The notes beneath the pieces are model-generated. The model did not search any database. It was given only the letters and a program-made list of their open reading frames with translations, and had not been told where the DNA came from. From assembly GCA_965207945.1 (NCBI GenBank), contig OZ242303.1, forward strand, positions 161,494-225,493: a stretch of DNA of 64,000 nt, in the 5' to 3' direction. The position numbers and the translations under genes were made by a program. This document shows, one piece after another, positions 17,880 to 27,833 of this stretch (position 1 is the first letter of the stretch; every line of letters begins with the position of its first letter). This DNA is from Gammaproteobacteria bacterium. GTDB lineage: Bacteria; Pseudomonadota; Gammaproteobacteria; CBDBNL01; JAAOII01.

Positions 17880-19367
17880 ATGTATAAACTAACTGCTACA
17901 GCTGGAGTCAAGATTATGACGCCACAAACTTCTTTAACCTTACTATTAACTATCCTACTTTCTTTATTCATTGTCTCCTGCGACAAAGCCAATGTTCCTG
18001 CAGATCTTGATAAAGATGGAGTGGCTGATAATCAAGATGTAGATGATGACGGCGATGGCTTAATAGAAATAGCAACCGCTGATGAACTTAACCAAGTGCG
18101 CTATGACCTGTTAGGGACAGGCCTCGCCAGTAGTAGTGCCGCCAGCAACACTGCAGGTTGCGGAGGGCAAGCAGGCATACAAGAATGCAGTGGCTACGAA
18201 CTTACTGCGGATATATCATTGCAAGAATACGACAACTGGCAGCCCATAGGAGATTGTTTTATGTATAAAGAAGTAAGCAGTATTCTTTTTGGATGCCAGG
18301 CAACTAACGCATTATTCAATAGCATCTTTGATGGCAATAATTACATCATCAGCGACCTTACCATAATAAATCCACCTGATAGCTACATTAATGCTTCGGG
18401 CTTGTTTGGAGCCATCGGCTCAGCTGCGCAATTACACAATGTTCATGTGCGCGCTGCAAGCATTAGCGGTGGCTTAAATAATGTGGGGATATTAGTTGGC
18501 TATGCAGATAATGCCGTAATTACTGGCAGCTCGGCGCAAGGCAAGATTCACTCTGTGAATAAAAATACTGGAGCTCTGCTTGGTTATGGCAACCAAGTTG
18601 AAATCACCTCATCTTATGTTGCTGGCAAAACTGTAGTTAGTGCCACTGGTAGTAATGTCGGCGCTATGCTTGGTATAGGTAATCAAGTTACGATTATCTC
18701 ATCTTATGTTACGGGCGCAACTGTCAGCGGAGTGGAGTGTATTGGTGGCATGGTTGGTTATGGAGTTAATTCCCGCATTGCAGCATCTTATGTTGCTGAC
18801 GTGACCGTCAGTGGGATGACTAGCATTGGCGCTCTTATAGGCACTTGGGATTCTAGCACTACCACTGCGTCTTATGTTGCTGACGCAACCGTTAGCGGAA
18901 TGGATAATATAGGCACACTGGGTGGTGGCGGGACAGGAAGCACTACCACATCATCTTATACTACCGGCGCAGATGTCCGCGGAACTTCTAATATTGGTGC
19001 TTTGATTGGCGACATTAATAACAAGGTCACTTCGTCATATTGGAACAGCGAAACCACCAGCGTTAACTACAAAAATAATCCTAAAAGTAATATAGCATCA
19101 AACATTTTAGGCGAGCCACAAACAACTAATATACTGCAAAGCCAAACCGACTTTAATGGCATTTACAGCGGATGGGCTAATTATTGGTGCGACCCAGCGA
19201 GCGGTGAATTCACCGCCAATAGTGATTCGCAACTGGCACAACAATTGGGCGGCGGTGATATTTCTGCCCTGAATACTTATCGTGCTTGGAATCTGGGCAC
19301 GGCTAATCAATATCCCGCCCTTACCTGCACCCCTGGTGGCTTAACGACTCAAGCAAAATTAAGATAA
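17880..19367 (+). CDS. Lipoprotein with one GLUG-type beta-helix module and a TSP3-like acidic motif
   Basis: Lipobox FIVSC, DDDGDGLIEI, 28-aa GxLxG..SY repeats, WCDPASGEFT and YPALTCTPGG. Same module as the giant proteins. Confidence 0.8.
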   Translation: MYKLTATAGVKIMTPQTSLTLLLTILLSLFIVSCDKANVPADLDKDGVADNQDVDDDGDGLIEIATADELNQVRYDLLGTGLASSSAASNTAGCGGQAGIQECSGYELTADISLQEYDNWQPIGDCFMYKEVSSILFGCQATNALFNSIFDGNNYIISDLTIINPPDSYINASGLFGAIGSAAQLHNVHVRAASISGGLNNVGILVGYADNAVITGSSAQGKIHSVNKNTGALLGYGNQVEITSSYVAGKTVVSATGSNVGAMLGIGNQVTIISSYVTGATVSGVECIGGMVGYGVNSRIAASYVADVTVSGMTSIGALIGTWDSSTTTASYVADATVSGMDNIGTLGGGGTGSTTTSSYTTGADVRGTSNIGALIGDINNKVTSSYWNSETTSVNYKNNPKSNIASNILGEPQTTNILQSQTDFNGIYSGWANYWCDPASGEFTANSDSQLAQQLGGGDISALNTYRAWNLGTANQYPALTCTPGGLTTQAKLR

Positions 19368-19415
19368 TAACTCCATCGTAATGCTCGCAACGCGCCTATA
19401 TATCATTTTTGGATA

Positions 19416-20654
19416 TCATTTTTGGCTTCTGATAAAGTGATCTTCTATCCCTTGCAAATTTCTAACCTTAATTTCCAAAAAATCTGATAATTGACATTCA
19501 TCTATACGACCTCCATAGTAATTACTAAATGCAAGGTTAAGGTATTTATCACCTAAATATGTTGTCTGGTTATTATAATAACTCCCTCCCCCTTTCTTCT
19601 TATCCTTTTTATTCTTTCTTTCTTCTTCCCACTCATCTTTCCACTCCTTATTTTTATTTTTATAAAATTCTTTGGTGATAAAATTATTATCCTTTAGTTT
19701 CCGAAGTATAACTTCCTTACTAACTTTGTATTCATGCGCTAATTGAATAATAAATTTGTCATTAATACTATCAGTAGGTACAGAATGAATATTATTGGTG
19801 GATATAAAATCTTGTTTAGGAACTAAAAATTCTCTGGCAAAAGAGTTGCAAAATACTTCGTCTTTTCTATAAATACCTGTAAAAATATTTTCTACATCTT
19901 GCCGCAAATCTACCCCTCCCTTATTAATTATGAAATGCCCTAACTCATGAAATAAGGTAAAAATTTGCCTATTAGGTGAGATGCTATTGTTAATATAAAT
20001 AACCGGGAAATTCGCATCATCTAAATAAAAACCGTAGTAATCGTTGTTATGGAATGCTTCCTTAAATACCCAAACTCCTACCTTTTGTATTTTCTCTCTC
20101 CACTGTTTGAAAGCATCCTCCGAGGATTTCCATTTTGTTTGTTCTGCAACACTAACCCCCAATACTTCCCTGACTATCTTTGAATATTCTACCGTGCTCT
20201 CTTGTTTGACGTCCTTAAGTTTACTCCTAAGTATATTTACTTCATTAACCTGTCCGCCACTTAATTCTGCTATGTCTAATACTCTTGCCATTCCTTTTCT
20301 GATAATAAAATTAATTTCTGGCGGTATGTTATCAGAATAGTTTGGTGGAAGAGTCCGCAGTTCTTTGTTTGGTTCAAGCCCTTCAGGTGGAGCAGGCAAG
20401 AAAAAAACGGCAATTGGAGTTTTATAAATTTTAGATAATTCTTTAATCTGAGCGTAAGAGGGATCTAGCTCTCCATTCTCCCATGATATTATGGTCTGAT
20501 TAGATACAGATTTAAGATTAATCTTATTTACCACGCCAGGTATAGAATAGCCAGAGAATTTTTCTCTTGCCCAACGCAGCACTTCGTGATTAACTTTTAC
20601 TTTATAGCTAGTTGTCATATTCTTTACCTGTTTCACAATTCTATAAGGAAACAC
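19416..20654 (-). CDS. XRE-HTH plus ImmA/IrrE family metallopeptidase
   Basis: VNHEVLRWARE HTH region, RQIFTLFHELGH (HExxH) and EVFCNSFA. Probable start ATG 20618. Confidence 0.9.
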   Translation of the reverse strand: MFPYRIVKQVKNMTTSYKVKVNHEVLRWAREKFSGYSIPGVVNKINLKSVSNQTIISWENGELDPSYAQIKELSKIYKTPIAVFFLPAPPEGLEPNKELRTLPPNYSDNIPPEINFIIRKGMARVLDIAELSGGQVNEVNILRSKLKDVKQESTVEYSKIVREVLGVSVAEQTKWKSSEDAFKQWREKIQKVGVWVFKEAFHNNDYYGFYLDDANFPVIYINNSISPNRQIFTLFHELGHFIINKGGVDLRQDVENIFTGIYRKDEVFCNSFAREFLVPKQDFISTNNIHSVPTDSINDKFIIQLAHEYKVSKEVILRKLKDNNFITKEFYKNKNKEWKDEWEEERKNKKDKKKGGGSYYNNQTTYLGDKYLNLAFSNYYGGRIDECQLSDFLEIKVRNLQGIEDHFIRSQK

Positions 20655-20731
20655 AAGTTTTAAGTATGCATATTAGCATTATTTTTATATTTTTGCATAG
20701 AACTAATTATACACCAAATAAAATATTTTTT

Positions 20732-20805
20732 GGTGGGCATAAGCTCATCTAATGGTTCGAGCAGAGCCAGTGGTGATGAATATAGCCCTCTACCCCTACA
20801 GATAC
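20732..20805 (-). repeat. Degenerate GTAG REP-like element with expanded loop
   Basis: Minus strand gtatctGTAGGGGtagagggctatattcatc...gatgagcttatgcccacc. Confidence 0.6.
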
Positions 20806-20894
20806 CCAACGTAAATTATTCCAATACATTGCATTGGCGGATGTGTATAATATCCACTAGATATTAAAATATTTATACAACATTAATAAATAAG

Positions 20895-23800
20895 ATGGCG
20901 ACTACACAACAACAGGAAACAACTGGCAGTTTTAATACGGTCTTACAAGAATTACGAGCTCTTTCCAGTGAACCACGCACAAGAGGGACATTGTTTGAGA
21001 ACCTTATGAAGAAATACTTCTTAACTGACCCTATTTATCGTAATAGATTTAAGCAAATATACACATGGGCTGAGTGCCCAGATACGAGCGGCAGTGACGA
21101 AGGGATTGATTTAGTTGCCATAACTCACGATGACGAACACTGTGCGATCCAGTGTAAATTCTATGCGGAAGACCACCGACTACAAAAAGGCGACATAGAT
21201 TCATTTTTTACTGCCTCAGGCAAGCGCCCATTCACGGAAAGGATTATCGTTTCCACCACGAATAGTTGGAGTGAACAAGCTGAGCGTGCTTTAGATGGTC
21301 AGCATATTGATTGTGAAAGAATAGGGCTGGCTAACCTTCAAAACTCTAAAGTTGTTTGGAGCAAATTACACACTCCCCAGGATCTTGTTAGGGTCCCTCC
21401 ACAAGAATTATTCAAGCACCAAAAAGAAGCCCTCAAAGATGTCCTTGCAGGATTCCAGCATGACGATGTTGGGCAATTAATAATGGCATGTGGGACTGGC
21501 AAGACCTTCACCTCGTTAAGAATTGCAGAAGAAATGGTGCCGAACGGCAGTGGCAATATTCTTTTTTTGGTGCCCTCTTTGTCTCTATTATCCCAGTCCC
21601 TGCGCGAGTGGTCTGCAAATGGAGAAATACCCCAACGCAATTTTGCGGTTTGTTCTGATGCTAAAGTGGGAAATAACGAAGAGGACATTCGCTCCTATGA
21701 TCTTGAGATACCCGCCACTACAGACGCCAAGAAACTTGCTAATAAATTAAAACAATCCACTGCCTCCAGTTCTAAAGTAACCAGACGCAACAATGTGGTA
21801 TTTGGTACCTATCAATCCATAGAAGTAGTCATAAAAGCCCAGCAACTTGGAGCTCCAGAATTTGATTTAGTTATATGTGATGAAGCTCACAGAACTGTTG
21901 GCTATAGCGCTAAAGAGAGACAGCAATCTTACTTTACCTTAATCCACGACAAAGAAAAACTAAAAGCAAAAAAGCGTCTATACATGACGGCAACATCAAG
22001 AATTTTTGCGCCAACAGTTAAAAAGAAAGTTGAAACATTAAAAGATATTGAGCTTTTTTCAATGGACGATAAAAGTATCTTTGGCAATGAGTTCCATCGG
22101 CTTAATTTTGCTAAAGCAGTAGAGGACAAACTACTCTCCGATTACAAGGTATTAATCCTAACCGTCACTGATAAAAATGCGGCTAACACTATCAAGGATA
22201 TAACTGGCAAGGAAATAGAGCTTAGTGATGCTGCCAAGATTATTGGCTGCTGGAATGGATTAGCTAAACGCCTCTCAGACCCCAATGCTTTACCTAAGAA
22301 TGAACGGACTCCGATGAAAAGAGCTGTTGCTTATACTGGGACAATAGCTACCTCCAAACAGGTTAAAGATTTGTTCAATCAAGTAATCCAAGAATATCAT
22401 AAAAAGCACAAAGAGCTTGGCGGTACCACCTTATTAAAGTGCGAAGTTGACCATACAGACGGTACAGAAAACTCAATGGTGCGCAACACAAAACTTAACT
22501 GGCTAAAAGAAGATACGGACAATAATGAATGCCGTATTTTAAGTAATGCTCGTTGTTTATCCGAAGGGGTGGATGTGCCAGCATTGGATGCAGTGATGTT
22601 CTTACGCCCACGTAAATCAAAAATTGATATTGTGCAGTCGGTTGGCAGGGTAATGCGTCGAGCCCCAGGTAAGAACATGGGATATATAATCCTTCCAGTA
22701 TTTTGTAATACCGATGTCTCGCCTGAAGAAGCACTAAATAATAACGACACCTATAATGTGGTGTGGGAGACCATTCAGGCAATCCGCTCACATGACGAAA
22801 GAATGGATGCGGAGATTAATAAAATTGAATTGAACAAAAAACCATCAGAGAGAATCCTAACAGATACAGTGGATGCCTCCGGTATTGGAAGTGGAGATAC
22901 GGATGCATCAGTATCCATAGATCTCAATCGTCAGGGGGAATTGCAATTTAATACAGAAACACTGCATCGCGCCATATTAGCAACTTTGGTCATGAAGTGT
23001 GGCACCAGACGTTATTGGCAAAATTGGGCGGAAGGTGTTGCCAATATTAGCCAAAATATAACCAGCAGAATTAACTCGTTAGTTGTGGATACAACCAGCA
23101 AGCATTATCAAAAATTTAAGGATTTTCATAACGAGCTGAAGCATAATCTTAACCCAGCTATCACATCTGAAGAAGCAGTAGAAATGCTGGCACAACATAT
23201 CATCACCACTCCTGTATTCAATGCATTGTTTGAGGGTTATAATTTTGTTAAAAATAATCCAGTGTCTCAATCGCTAACCAAATTCCTTGAAGCAATAGAG
23301 TATGACAACTTAACGGCAGAGACAAGGGAACTAGATAGATTCTTTAAGAATGTTCAGTCCAATGTAGCTGGCATAGATAACCTCGCAGGCAAGCAAAAAA
23401 TAATTGCCGAACTTTATGAAAATTTCTTTAAGAAGACATTTAAGAAGCAAGCAGAGCGTTTAGGAATTGTATATACGCCAGTAGAAGTTGTGGACTTTAT
23501 TCTTAACAGCGCCGATGATTTATTGCACAAACATTTTGGTAAGAGATTAACCTCTAAGGGAGTTAATATTCTTGACCCATTTACAGGCACTGGTACTTTT
23601 ATTTCCCGTCTGCTCCAATTAGGACTAATCAGCAAACAAGATTTAGCTCGCAAATATGCATCCGAGCTACATGCCAACGAAATAGTGCTGTTAGCTTATT
23701 ACATAGCTACAATTAATATTGAGCAAACATATCATTTTTGTTTGGCTGAGGAAGATACAACTAGTCAACAAGGGCAGCAGAATAGCATCTATAAACAATT

Positions 23801-25802
23801 CCCCGGCATTATCCTAACCGATACATTTCAAATGAACGAAGATGACAGCGACTTAATAACCCCTAAGTATATTCAAGGTAATCCTGCACAAATTAAAAAA
23901 CAAAAAGCACAATCAATTATGGTCATAGTTGGTAACCCTCCTTATTCAGCGGGACAAAAGAGTCAGGATGATAATAATCCTAATTTAAAATATACTCGAT
24001 TAGACGAGAAAATAAAATCAACTTATATTTATCACTCCAAAGCAAAAGTTAAGAACTATCTTTATGATTCTTATGTGCGTGCCATTCGTTGGGCAACCGA
24101 TAGAATAAAAGATGAAGGAATGGTTGCCTTTGTTACCAATGGTAGCTTCCTGGATAGTAAAAGCATGGATGGTTTACGCCATTGTTTAAAGAAAGAGCTC
24201 ACCCATATATATTGCTTTAATCTACGTGGAGATGCTCGCACTTCTGGTGAGATGAGAAGAAAAGAGAAAGGGAATATATTTAAAGAAGGGACTAGAACTC
24301 CTATTACTATAAATTTTTTCATTAAATCTCCAGTGGGTAAAAGTGTACCCAAAGGAATATTCTATAGCCAAGTGGATGATTATTTAACTAGCAAAGATAA
24401 ATTACAACAACTACAAGAACTAAAAAGTGTTAACAACATCAAATGGCAAGAAATTCAACCAGACAAAAATAATGACTGGCTTAACCAACGTGACCCAAAG
24501 TTTAACCAATACTTGCCAATGGGTACAGAGGTTACTAAAAGTCAATTTATAAAAAACTTCAAACATTCTGAAATGGCAAATTCTATCTTTGGAATTTATT
24601 CTTCTGGCTTAACTACTAGCCGAGATGCTTGGGTCTACAACTATAATAAGCAGGAATTAATTAATAATATGCAGTCATGCATTAAATTCTATAATAAACA
24701 ACTACAAGATATTTATACTGAACATGCTGATAAGATTAGAAGCCTTAAGCGTGACGATAAGATTCCTTATATCCAAAAATTCATACAATATGATTCTAAA
24801 AAAATCCATTGGGATATTGGTAATCAAAGAGATATAACACAAAATAAAAATGCAATCTTTGATGAATCAAAGCTGTGTTTAGGGTTGTATCGCCCTTTCT
24901 GTAAGCAATATTTGTACTTTGATAAACAATGGAATAACAGCCAATATAGATTGCCTAAGTTATTCCCTAAAATTTCAGCTAATAATTATGCTATTTGTGT
25001 ATCAAAATCTCCTGCTAATTTCTCTGTTATTATGACTAATATAATTCCAAACTTTCATGTGGTTAATGATACACAATGCTTTCCGCGCTATTGCTTTAAT
25101 GCTGCTGAATCGGGTAAAGATGATTTACTCAGTGAATCAAACAATGACAAGGAACACAACCAAAAACAAAGAATTGATAATATTTCACCTCAAGTAGTTG
25201 AACTTTTCCAACAGCAATATGAAGATAACAGCATAGATGCTGATGCTGTGTTCTATTATGTGTATGGTATTTTGCATAGCCCCACATATCGTGAGCGCTA
25301 TGCCAAGAATCTAAGCAAGGAATTGCCACACATCCCCTATGCGGCATCTAAACAGGACTTTTGGCAGTTTAGCGAGGCAGGTAAACAACTTGGTGACTGG
25401 CATATTAATTATGAGAAGCATAACGCGGAGCCGAACATTCAAATAATAGAAAACTCCGATATGCTCGGTAAGAATAAAGATTTTTACAGGGTTGAAAAAA
25501 TGAAATTTGATAAAACTCAGGTAAGCCCGTACAAAAGTAAGATTATATATAATGATAATATTACTATTACAGGTATTCCATTGGGGGTATACGATTATAA
25601 AATAAAGGGCAAAAGCCCGATTGAATGGCTATTGGAGCGTTATAGGGTAACCTTTGATACAGAGAGAGGGAGTGGCATCAAAAATGATCCTAATGATTGG
25701 TCTGATAATCCACGGTATATATTAGACCTGATACCGCGTTTAGCTCAGTTAAGTATTGATACTTGTCGGGTTATTAGTAAGCTTCCTGATATACCTGAGT
25801 AA
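20895..25802 (+). CDS. Type ISP restriction-modification enzyme (LlaGI/LlaBIII-like)
   Basis: Mrr-type nuclease (DEGIDLVA, AIQCKFY), SF2 ATPase (MACGTGKT, DEAH, QSVGRVMR), adenine MTase (LDPFTGTGTF, GNPPY) and C-terminal TRD ending NDPNDW. 1635 aa. Confidence 0.93.
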   Translation: MATTQQQETTGSFNTVLQELRALSSEPRTRGTLFENLMKKYFLTDPIYRNRFKQIYTWAECPDTSGSDEGIDLVAITHDDEHCAIQCKFYAEDHRLQKGDIDSFFTASGKRPFTERIIVSTTNSWSEQAERALDGQHIDCERIGLANLQNSKVVWSKLHTPQDLVRVPPQELFKHQKEALKDVLAGFQHDDVGQLIMACGTGKTFTSLRIAEEMVPNGSGNILFLVPSLSLLSQSLREWSANGEIPQRNFAVCSDAKVGNNEEDIRSYDLEIPATTDAKKLANKLKQSTASSSKVTRRNNVVFGTYQSIEVVIKAQQLGAPEFDLVICDEAHRTVGYSAKERQQSYFTLIHDKEKLKAKKRLYMTATSRIFAPTVKKKVETLKDIELFSMDDKSIFGNEFHRLNFAKAVEDKLLSDYKVLILTVTDKNAANTIKDITGKEIELSDAAKIIGCWNGLAKRLSDPNALPKNERTPMKRAVAYTGTIATSKQVKDLFNQVIQEYHKKHKELGGTTLLKCEVDHTDGTENSMVRNTKLNWLKEDTDNNECRILSNARCLSEGVDVPALDAVMFLRPRKSKIDIVQSVGRVMRRAPGKNMGYIILPVFCNTDVSPEEALNNNDTYNVVWETIQAIRSHDERMDAEINKIELNKKPSERILTDTVDASGIGSGDTDASVSIDLNRQGELQFNTETLHRAILATLVMKCGTRRYWQNWAEGVANISQNITSRINSLVVDTTSKHYQKFKDFHNELKHNLNPAITSEEAVEMLAQHIITTPVFNALFEGYNFVKNNPVSQSLTKFLEAIEYDNLTAETRELDRFFKNVQSNVAGIDNLAGKQKIIAELYENFFKKTFKKQAERLGIVYTPVEVVDFILNSADDLLHKHFGKRLTSKGVNILDPFTGTGTFISRLLQLGLISKQDLARKYASELHANEIVLLAYYIATINIEQTYHFCLAEEDTTSQQGQQNSIYKQFPGIILTDTFQMNEDDSDLITPKYIQGNPAQIKKQKAQSIMVIVGNPPYSAGQKSQDDNNPNLKYTRLDEKIKSTYIYHSKAKVKNYLYDSYVRAIRWATDRIKDEGMVAFVTNGSFLDSKSMDGLRHCLKKELTHIYCFNLRGDARTSGEMRRKEKGNIFKEGTRTPITINFFIKSPVGKSVPKGIFYSQVDDYLTSKDKLQQLQELKSVNNIKWQEIQPDKNNDWLNQRDPKFNQYLPMGTEVTKSQFIKNFKHSEMANSIFGIYSSGLTTSRDAWVYNYNKQELINNMQSCIKFYNKQLQDIYTEHADKIRSLKRDDKIPYIQKFIQYDSKKIHWDIGNQRDITQNKNAIFDESKLCLGLYRPFCKQYLYFDKQWNNSQYRLPKLFPKISANNYAICVSKSPANFSVIMTNIIPNFHVVNDTQCFPRYCFNAAESGKDDLLSESNNDKEHNQKQRIDNISPQVVELFQQQYEDNSIDADAVFYYVYGILHSPTYRERYAKNLSKELPHIPYAASKQDFWQFSEAGKQLGDWHINYEKHNAEPNIQIIENSDMLGKNKDFYRVEKMKFDKTQVSPYKSKIIYNDNITITGIPLGVYDYKIKGKSPIEWLLERYRVTFDTERGSGIKNDPNDWSDNPRYILDLIPRLAQLSIDTCRVISKLPDIPE

Positions 25803-25830
25803 GGGGTGCTGTGTTGCGAGCACAGTAGTA

Positions 25831-25942
25831 GTTTGTCGCGAGAGTTATATATTTTGCGGGTGGTTCCTATATTCATCCCCCCTTGCTCCGCCCCTACAGA
25901 CCTGTGTTGTAAATTTCACCCCTACGGAAAAGTGCCCCCTAC
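25831..25942 (-). repeat. REP-like element (inverted relative to 14205) plus two extra GTAGGGG motifs
   Basis: Minus strand caggtctGTAGGGGCGGAGC[insert]ccacccgcaaaatatataactctcgcgacaaac. The dnaJ TAG stop lies in a GTAGGGG motif. Confidence 0.8.
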
Positions 25943-27081
25943 TTAAAAAGGGATTTTAGTTTGTCTTTCCAGCTGCTGGTATTTGGGGAGTGATTAATCT
26001 TGTCTTTGGCAACGTCATCCTTAAGTTCTTGAATTATTTCTTTTTGCTTGGTGTTTAGATTCACTGGGGTCTCAACCTTAATTTGTACCATGATGTCTCC
26101 ACTACTTTTGGAGTTAAGCCGCGGCATTCCTTCGCCACGCAGTCGCAGGACTTTACCGTTCTGAGTTCCAGCAGGTATTTTCACTGCCACCTTATGGCGA
26201 GGGGCGGGCAGTTCTATGCTGCATCCTAATATTGCATCAAAAATATCTATGGGCATCTCGCAGAGTAGATTGGGACCTTCTCTATGAAACAATGGATGTG
26301 CTTTTATGTTTATCCATACATAAACATCTCCGGGCTGCAGATTGCCAGCAGTTGCTTCTCCTCTGATAACCATTTTGTCACTATCATTAATCCCTGCTGG
26401 TATGTTTAGTGATATATTCTTATTCTTGCTTTTAGCTCCTTTGCCGTTGCAGGATGGACACGCTTCTTCAATAATTTTGCCTCGCCCCTGGCATGATGAA
26501 CATGGCTGTTGCACTTGTAAGAAACCTCGGCTGCTAACCATTGTTCCAGTGCCGCCGCAACGCAGACAATCCTTTAGTGCTGTGCCATCTTTTGCTCCGT
26601 TGCCATTGCATTTGTCGCATGCCTCTGCCACTGGAATTGTAAACTCTTTCTTGCAGCCATTAAACGCCTCCATAAAAGAGATGGAAAGTTTGTATTGCAT
26701 GTCAGCGCCACGTCTGCTTTGTTGTCCGCCGCCAAACACATCACCGAAAGCGCCGCTAAAAGCATCACCGCCGCCGCCAAAAATATCTCTGAAGTTGCCA
26801 AAGATATCACCTAGGTCTTCGCTGGAAAAGCCACCACCACTGTTGCCTCCTCCTCCATTAATTCCGGCATGTCCATAGTTGTCGTAGGCATTCTTTTTTT
26901 CTTGATCATTTAGAACAGTATATGCTTCGTTTATTTCTTTGAATTTTGTTTCGCTTTCTTTATCACCCTTGTGTTTATCTGGATGATATTTCATCGCCAA
27001 GCGCCGATAGGCGTTTTTAATCGTTGACGCTGAAGCATCGCGCTCCACCCCTAAAATCTTGTAATAATCTGTTTGTGCCAT
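25939..27081 (-). CDS. dnaJ: Chaperone DnaJ
   Basis: J domain with HPD, G/F-rich linker and four CxxCxGxG zinc-finger motifs. Confidence 0.97.
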   Translation of the reverse strand: MAQTDYYKILGVERDASASTIKNAYRRLAMKYHPDKHKGDKESETKFKEINEAYTVLNDQEKKNAYDNYGHAGINGGGGNSGGGFSSEDLGDIFGNFRDIFGGGGDAFSGAFGDVFGGGQQSRRGADMQYKLSISFMEAFNGCKKEFTIPVAEACDKCNGNGAKDGTALKDCLRCGGTGTMVSSRGFLQVQQPCSSCQGRGKIIEEACPSCNGKGAKSKNKNISLNIPAGINDSDKMVIRGEATAGNLQPGDVYVWINIKAHPLFHREGPNLLCEMPIDIFDAILGCSIELPAPRHKVAVKIPAGTQNGKVLRLRGEGMPRLNSKSSGDIMVQIKVETPVNLNTKQKEIIQELKDDVAKDKINHSPNTSSWKDKLKSLFK

Positions 27082-27156
27082 CTGTCTATAAAATAATGTG
27101 TTCTTTAAAAAAATTACACCTGTGGTGTTTTTAAGGGGGAAAATAAAATAATCAAC

Positions 27157-27816
27157 CTATTTATTAGTATAAATGGGTTTTATCATAATTATTTTGCCTT
27201 TTGCCGCTGTAGCATCGTCAATATCATGGGTTACCAATATGCAAGGGATTTTAGCTTTGCGCGCATGAGAAAAAACAAAACTGCGGAACTTCTTACGTAG
27301 CTTCATATCAAGTTTATTGAAGGGTTCGTCCAATAGCAGTGCCGCTGGTCTTGCCAAGAGGGCGCGCATTACAGAAATCCTTGCTCTTTGCCCTCCTGAG
27401 AGGGTGGCAGGGTCTTTATTTCCATAGTCCTGCAGACGCGCATCTGCCAAAGCATTTTCCACGATTGTTTTGCGTGCCGCCCCTGTGATACTTTCATCAA
27501 CGCCAAATGCCAGATTAGCTGCCACTGACATGTTGGGGAAAAGTAAATCATCCTGAAATAGGATGCCTACTCGTCTTTTTTCTGGTGGCAATGCGGTTAT
27601 ATCATCACCATTAAGTAGCACCTTGCCGGAATAGCGAAAGTCCCTGATTAGATTGCCGCAAATAAAATTCAATATAGATGATTTGCCCGAACCGCTAGGT
27701 CCCATAATGGTGACTATTTCCCCGCCCCCCACCTTAAGGGATAAGTTATTAATTATTTGAGATGTCCCCATAGTTATGGCAACCTTGTGTAACTCAAGTA
27801 GAGATTTATTTTTCAT
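27157..27816 (-). CDS. ABC transporter ATP-binding protein (YnjD-like)
   Basis: GPSGSGKS, LFQDDLLFP, LSGGQRAR and LLDEPF motifs. Confidence 0.88.
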   Translation of the reverse strand: MKNKSLLELHKVAITMGTSQIINNLSLKVGGGEIVTIMGPSGSGKSSILNFICGNLIRDFRYSGKVLLNGDDITALPPEKRRVGILFQDDLLFPNMSVAANLAFGVDESITGAARKTIVENALADARLQDYGNKDPATLSGGQRARISVMRALLARPAALLLDEPFNKLDMKLRKKFRSFVFSHARKAKIPCILVTHDIDDATAAKGKIIMIKPIYTNK

Positions 27817-27833
27817 ACTGCTTTTTCATGCTG

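Noticed and set aside
19416-25802. Prophage or integrative element
   Set aside because: No integrase, structural, replication or conjugation genes and no att-like repeats.
26342-26878. 178-aa Pro-rich ORF on the plus strand
   Set aside because: Antisense shadow of the Gly-rich and zinc-finger regions of dnaJ.
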